Part shown: piece after piece, positions 58,273-64,000 of the stretch
Layout: each line of letters begins with the position of its first letter
Numbering within the stretch: position 1 is the first letter of the stretch
DNA from: an uncultured virus (IMG/VR IMGVR_UViG_3300025015_000024)
Taxonomy: Duplodnaviria > Heunggongvirae > Uroviricota > Caudoviricetes
Virus record (IMG/VR): IMGVR_UViG_3300025015_000024
Location: 1-64,000 of that record
DNA: 64,000 nt
Direction: 5' to 3' (one strand)
The notes under the pieces: generated by a model
Told to the model about the DNA's origin: nothing
What the model saw: only the letters and a program-made list of their open reading frames with translations
The model's database searches: none
Translations under genes and position numbers: made by a program

Positions 58273-59502
58273 TCAAACATTACATTTGAGTTCAAATGAT
58301 TTTACAAATTCAACTTTGTATGGGTTAAACCCTAACCCTATATTCCTTATGTTACTTATGAATTTTTCACATTCAGGAATTACTTTTGATTTTAACATTA
58401 TTCCAATTGCACCATTAACATCAGCATTTATTGTTTTGCCAATACTACTTAAAAATAAACCACGCTTTATTCTTTTGCCAAGATAAATTGCTTGTTTTTG
58501 TATCGGTTCAAATGCCAAATGGTCGCATTTACTGGTATAACTTTCTTCCTGCTCAACAAGTTTTATGCTGTTGAGTTCTAACTTATATTTTATTTTATCT
58601 ATAAGTTTGGCATGAGGGATAGAAACAAAATTCTGGTTATTACGGCTACCAATATTTATTTTCTTCTTCCAATGTTCATTTTTACCGATAACAACTGTCC
58701 CAATATTATACTTTAAACAGTATTTAAGAATGAAATCGCCTACCTGGTGCATTGCATTTTCTATCTTGTTATTCCTGTCAAAAGTTAATTTATTTATTCT
58801 GTTTGACGTCCCTTTATTACCAACATAACTCATTAACTTGGCTCGCTTTTTATTAAAATACGCATTGATGGATTTTAATCCTCTACCGTTGATAATGAAA
58901 GGATTATTACCGACATTATCTATTGCTGTGATAAGATTGTTTAATCCCAAATCAATGCTTAATACATTTTCTTCTTTTATTTTTTCATGTTTTACCTCCT
59001 TTTTTTCATAGACAACTTCTATTACAAAACAAGTTGCTTGTGGAATTATTCTCACTTGTGATATATTATCTACTTTTGTTTTTAATGGTTGAATATTTGC
59101 TTGTTTTGGAAAATGTATAAGTCCCCCTTTTAAATTAACTTGCTGATTAGTGAAAATGCAAATAGAATATCCAGCCTTATCTTTGTATTTTGGTTGCTTA
59201 GGGTTTCCTTTAAATTTGCTTGGGCATTTTTTATATTCTTTTAATGCTTTGAAATATGACTTCCAGTTCTTAAAAAGTAATTTTATTATTTGCTGCGATG
59301 TTTGTGCCGGCAATGCCCTATAATCTTCCTGGTTAAATTCAGCAAGCAATTTAGATAATTCATATTCCTCAAATTTCTGTATATTACCAAAAAATGCTTG
59401 CCGTTTGTGATAATTACAAAAATTATACAATCTGGCTGATTTAAAACAAATATCCTCTATTGCTTTATCGTTTATCCTAATATGTCGCTCTACGAGTTGC
59501 AT
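58273..59502 (-). mobile_element. tnpB: TnpB, intact, inserted inside tRNA array 3
   Basis: MQLVERH start; SIDLGLNN, EESYTSKC and NADVNGA motifs. Confidence 0.92.
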
Positions 59503-59621
59503 TATTTATATAAAACTTAAAGTTTTACACTTATAAATATCTTTCTAAAATAAAAAACTCAATAAAATGAATACATAAGAAATAAATAATATCAAAAATT
59601 ACTATTTATATAAGATAATGT

Positions 59622-59697
59622 GCATCAGTAGCTCAATTGGTAGAGCGCCGGTCTTCCAAATCGGAGGTTGTGGGATCATAGCCCATCTGATGCTCCA
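59622..59697 (+). tRNA. tRNA-Gly(UCC)
   Basis: CCGGT-CTTCCAA-ATCGG; U73 and encoded CCA. Confidence 0.88.
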
Positions 59698-59712
59698 GAT
59701 TAAATAAAATAT

Positions 59713-59785
59713 GGGGGTACATGTACCAAGGCTGGCGAAGAGCATTTGCAATGCTTTTGGGTGGATTGGATTTCCACTATCTCCA
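59713..59785 (+). tRNA. tRNA-Ala(UGC)
   Basis: GAGCA-TTTGCAA-TGCTT; G3.U70, A73. Confidence 0.8.
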
Positions 59786-59845
59786 CTAAATATATAAATG
59801 ATTTCTTTTTCAATCATCAAACTATTTATATAAAAATATATTCTT

Positions 59846-60961
59846 ATGGCAGATATCACAACAAGTGAAAAAGACAAATTATTTACAAGAATAAAACATC
59901 AACTTGGTGCCCCATTAAGACAAATTGAAATTGATAATTCTCAACTGGAAACATTTCTTGAAATATCAATTGAAGATTATTCATCTTATGTTAATAATTG
60001 GCTAATTGATCAGCAGTGGGATAGTTTAATAGGTTTAGATACAAATTCAACAGATTTATCCTTTGCATTTACTACACGTTCTTTAGATTTCACAAGGTCA
60101 TTTAGTTTTGCATATTCAAAACAAGTTGGCCTTGGAACAAATAGTCCCTGGGAACTTAAAAAAGATTTTGTTGTTATTACTGCCGGAACACAAGTTTATA
60201 CAATACCAAAAAACAGGGAAGTTAATGAAGTTTTATGGGTAACTCCCCCATTAATAGATAGAGGTTTAATAGATCCATTTTCAAGGTCTAATTGGTCAGC
60301 AGAACAATTTGGATGGAGTTATATTGGTCGTGCTGCGGAATATGTTCAACCTGTGTTTAATATTTTATTATCCGCTCAGGATAGAGGTCTTAAAGATAGA
60401 ATAAGAAGAAGTGAGTTAACTTATAGAATTGTTGGTGGACCAAATGGAACAAAATTATTATATTTATATCCTGTTCCAGGTGGAAAATATCAACCTGGAG
60501 GAGGAATGGGTGGAGGATTAGCTAATCCAGCATGGAATGGTGCAAAAATTTGGTATTGGTATTATGATACTAATTCAACCAGTATAGATCAATGTAAAAA
60601 TGAAAATAAAGATATTGTAAGATTACCAAGTGATGTTGATATTGATAATATTCAGTGGTCAGAATTAAATAAACCAGCCCAAACATGGGTTAGAAGATAT
60701 TTATTGGCAACAACTAAACAAACTCTTGGAAAAGTGAGGGGTAAATTTGGTGGTGTTGTTGGTGTTGGTGAAGCAGAGAGAATAATGGATTATGCTGATT
60801 TATTATCTGAAGGTATTGCAGAACAAGAAAAACTTATTGAAGAATTAAAAGAAAGATTAGAAGAATTAACTTATGTAAACATTTTAGAAAAGAAAGCAAG
60901 AGAATCAAAAGCATTAAATGATACAATGTCCAATATTCCTTTAGGGATATACGTAATATAA
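59846..60961 (+). CDS. Neck/head-completion protein (T4 gp13-like)
   Basis: LGAPLRQIEI..Q; WVRRY....KQTLGKVRGKF; located after MCP. Confidence 0.8.
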   Translation: MADITTSEKDKLFTRIKHQLGAPLRQIEIDNSQLETFLEISIEDYSSYVNNWLIDQQWDSLIGLDTNSTDLSFAFTTRSLDFTRSFSFAYSKQVGLGTNSPWELKKDFVVITAGTQVYTIPKNREVNEVLWVTPPLIDRGLIDPFSRSNWSAEQFGWSYIGRAAEYVQPVFNILLSAQDRGLKDRIRRSELTYRIVGGPNGTKLLYLYPVPGGKYQPGGGMGGGLANPAWNGAKIWYWYYDTNSTSIDQCKNENKDIVRLPSDVDIDNIQWSELNKPAQTWVRRYLLATTKQTLGKVRGKFGGVVGVGEAERIMDYADLLSEGIAEQEKLIEELKERLEELTYVNILEKKARESKALNDTMSNIPLGIYVI

Positions 60962-60987
60962 TACTTAAAATTAAAAATATAAAACTT

Positions 60988-61245
60988 ATGAAAAAAATAA
61001 TAAAAATAAAAGAATCAGAATTAATAAAATTAATTGAGTTATCAATTTTAAAAGAACAATTACAACCAAAACCAGAACATAATGAACCAGATATTGAAAC
61101 TATTGATCCTGAAGTAGAACCTGACATTGAAATCGATAGGCCAATAACACCAGAAAAAGAGCCTTGGGAAGATCCATTTACTCCAAGAAGAATTCAACCA
61201 GGAAGTGAACCTCAACCACGAGCAAGATTCAGAGAAAAAAGATAA
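60988..61245 (+). CDS. Putative head-packaged Pro/Glu-rich protein
   Basis: IKIKESELIKLIE..LKE N-terminus. Confidence 0.65.
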   Translation: MKKIIKIKESELIKLIELSILKEQLQPKPEHNEPDIETIDPEVEPDIEIDRPITPEKEPWEDPFTPRRIQPGSEPQPRARFREKR

Positions 61246-61310
61246 AAATTGTATATAACTTGTTGTTATTTTAGTTTTTCAAACTATTTATATAAAAATA
61301 TTTACTTTAT

Positions 61311-62408
61311 ATGAATTTAAAAAAAGAATTGCATAAATTATTATTAAAAGAAGAGGATTTTGGTGATTATGGTCATTGGATACCATCTGAAAACAAAACC
61401 CCAGATGAAACATATTCTGACAAGTTTATTCAACAACTTGGTTCTGAGCGATTTAAAGATGTTGTTGAAAAAGTAAAAAAATATACACAAAGGGAAGATG
61501 TCGATGAAAGACAACTCATATCATTAGCAATTAGTGCTTTTAATAAAATAAAAGATATTGAGGAAGAACACATATCTCAACTGGAACAACTTGCGATTGA
61601 TATTGTTAAATATGATTTCAATATTCCAGAAGGAAAAATTGAATTTGATGCAAAAATTAGTGATAATCTTGATGTTGGTCGTAAAATTAAATATTTTGAA
61701 AAACCAGAAGAAATAAGTCCAGAAATACTATCAACTTTTAAAAATAAAGAATCTTTTGATTCAAGAGTTAATAAAAGAAGATTGGTTAATGCATTAACTG
61801 TTGGTATGTCTACAAAAGGACATTATATGTTTCATTTAGCAGATAAACAATTAAAAAAAATTCATCCAGATTTAATTAATTTATATGGAACAACTATGTC
61901 ATTGGGTGAATTAGGATATTGGATAGTACCTGATGAACTTCACATTAAGGTTGGAAAAGGAGAAATTGGTGGTGGTCAACAAGAAGGTGGGAAAATGAGA
62001 GTGGATTTATCTGGTGAAAAACCAAAAATAATTGCCCGCGCTAAACTATTTCCTGCTTTAGTTCACGAATTAATTAAGGGTGTTATGGAAATTATGTCAA
62101 TAAACTCTCTTCCGAAGGATGATCAAAAATCAGAAATAGTAAAAAGACATGCCGATTATATGAGCACAGAATCAAGAGATATAAGGTTTGGTCCAAAAAT
62201 ATGGGAAAAATTCATTGAATCAATACCAGATGATGATTTGAATATAAAATCATATATTTATAGCTATATTATTAATTTACCTCATAAGGAATTTAATTCT
62301 TTAATGAAAGAAGTAATAGATGGAACAGATTTTTCAAAAAAAAGAATGAAAGAAATATCTGATATAATAAAAAGGAAATTAAACATCAGAGAACAAAAAA
62401 ATATTTAA
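61311..62408 (+). CDS. Hypothetical phage protein
   Basis: KRRLVNAL..G...KGHYMFH and FPALVHELIKGVME motifs. Confidence 0.75.
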   Translation: MNLKKELHKLLLKEEDFGDYGHWIPSENKTPDETYSDKFIQQLGSERFKDVVEKVKKYTQREDVDERQLISLAISAFNKIKDIEEEHISQLEQLAIDIVKYDFNIPEGKIEFDAKISDNLDVGRKIKYFEKPEEISPEILSTFKNKESFDSRVNKRRLVNALTVGMSTKGHYMFHLADKQLKKIHPDLINLYGTTMSLGELGYWIVPDELHIKVGKGEIGGGQQEGGKMRVDLSGEKPKIIARAKLFPALVHELIKGVMEIMSINSLPKDDQKSEIVKRHADYMSTESRDIRFGPKIWEKFIESIPDDDLNIKSYIYSYIINLPHKEFNSLMKEVIDGTDFSKKRMKEISDIIKRKLNIREQKNI

Positions 62409-62417
62409 AGTAAATAA

Positions 62418-63731
62418 ATGAAAAAAACAATTTTAATAACAGAATCTCAATTTGAAAATCTTGTTAATACATTATTAAATGAAGATGACAGAGATAACAG
62501 GATTAATAAATTAAAAAAAATATTCCCCAAAATAAAGGACAAAGAATTTAATAAAATTATTGAGGCTGACCCAACTAAAATATTGGAGTTTCTTCCATGG
62601 CTATTAAGACAATATAATAATATATTAAAACATGAAATAAAAAATATTAAGCCAGATGTATTTTTAGAAGATTTACCAAAGATAAAAGATTATCTTACAA
62701 TTTATAAAAAAATAAGGTTTAATATTGAAATTGATCCATTATATAGAAATATAAATTATTTGAAAACATACAATGAATTATATGACCTTATTAAACCCCA
62801 TAAAGAAAGTAAACTTATGGGAATTGAACAACGAGAATTGGATGAATTATTAAAAACAAATGCTGCAAAAAAAATATTTGAAAGTAATAAATGGATAATA
62901 TTGTGGCCAAAAACTGAACTAGCATCTTGTATTATTGGGAGAAATTCAGAATGGTGCACAACATATGGACCTGGGGGCACACATCCAGAAAAAAGTGAAA
63001 ATGCGTTTAAAAGTCATATTATCCATGGAAATTTTAACTATATTTTAAATAAAAGTAATCCAAAAGAAAAATATGCTTTTTATTTTAATAATGAGCCAAT
63101 GGATATTGAGGTATATGATATAGATGATAAAAAAGTATATACTTTAGAAACCATTGATAGTTTTTTCAAAAATAAAAAGGAATTATTAAAACCATTAATT
63201 GAATCTGGAAAATTATTTCATCATTGGAAATTTTTATTAAAAACTGGAGTTATAAGTTGGGTTAGTTTTGTTGATCCAAATATCTTAAATTTAAATTTGC
63301 ATGGCCTAGGATTAACACGATTACCTGATGATATTGGACGATTAACCAATATGACTATTTTTAGTGTTGGTAATAACAACTTAACATCTTTACCAGAATC
63401 AGTTGGAAATTTAAAAAATTTAACTGCTATTTCCGCCCCATATAATAATCTAAGAGCATTACCTGAAAGTATAGGTAATTTAAAAAAATTAACTGACGTT
63501 ATGATAAATCATAATGAATTTACTGAAATTCCTCCGGTACTAAGTAAAGTAACAAAATTGCGAAGTTTGTATTTGTCTGAAAATAAAAACATAAAAAAAA
63601 TATCAGAACAAATAAAAAGGTTTCCTAATTTTAAAAATTTAAGATTTTTAACTTTAAAACAAATGAATGTATCTGATATTGAATTAAAAAAGATAAGGGA
63701 ATTATTACCAAATACATCAGTAATTAATTAA
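62418..63731 (+). CDS. Putative head-packaged protein with C-terminal leucine-rich repeats
   Basis: ITESQ N-terminus; domain shared with 7418; 23-aa LRRs (NNLTSLPESVGNLKNL). Confidence 0.85.
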   Translation: MKKTILITESQFENLVNTLLNEDDRDNRINKLKKIFPKIKDKEFNKIIEADPTKILEFLPWLLRQYNNILKHEIKNIKPDVFLEDLPKIKDYLTIYKKIRFNIEIDPLYRNINYLKTYNELYDLIKPHKESKLMGIEQRELDELLKTNAAKKIFESNKWIILWPKTELASCIIGRNSEWCTTYGPGGTHPEKSENAFKSHIIHGNFNYILNKSNPKEKYAFYFNNEPMDIEVYDIDDKKVYTLETIDSFFKNKKELLKPLIESGKLFHHWKFLLKTGVISWVSFVDPNILNLNLHGLGLTRLPDDIGRLTNMTIFSVGNNNLTSLPESVGNLKNLTAISAPYNNLRALPESIGNLKKLTDVMINHNEFTEIPPVLSKVTKLRSLYLSENKNIKKISEQIKRFPNFKNLRFLTLKQMNVSDIELKKIRELLPNTSVIN

Positions 63732-64000
63732 AACAATGAAAATAAGATTAACAGAAAATCAATTAAAACAAATAATGGAAAAAGTTATTGTTTTTTAAAT
63801 ATTTTTTATATATATTTCTATTATTTAATGAATATGTTAATAACACTTACTTTTTTTAATTCAATGATATATTTATGTAACATAAGAAGAAATATTAATA
63901 GGAGACAAAAAACAGCTAAGGGATATAAATGGGAATATAAAAATAAATAATTATGGCTGGCAAAAAAAGTAATAAAATCAAACAACACCTTCCTCTTCGC

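Overview
A very AT-rich 64-kb fragment of a large T4-like (jumbo) phage genome. The host is most likely a Bacteroidota species, judged from TAnnTTTG host-type promoters, SD-less A-rich translation starts, a DUF4494-like gene, Q-rule signal peptides and a tmRNA resume codon GGC-GAA. The left ~28 kb holds accessory and host-takeover genes (Map, two nucleotidyltransferases, bS21, AAA+ ATPase, Hsp20, Mre11/Rad50, Sir2/CobB), a tmRNA and two tRNA arrays. The right ~36 kb is the head module: TerL with one intein, portal with three inteins, prohead protease, scaffold, major capsid protein and neck protein, plus a third tRNA array and many putative head-packaged proteins. Four TnpB loci without TnpA are present. 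The main discovery is that each of the three tRNA arrays sits behind promoter -> short leader ORF -> alternative antiterminator/terminator hairpins, and the control codons of each leader match the tRNAs encoded just downstream (Pro/Leu/Gln; Asn/Ser/Trp/Ser/Ile/Arg/His; Asp/Phe/Gly/Ala). This looks like a ribosome-mediated attenuation system that senses depletion of specific tRNAs and switches on the phage's replacements. All calls are by eye from sequence motifs; no searches were run.
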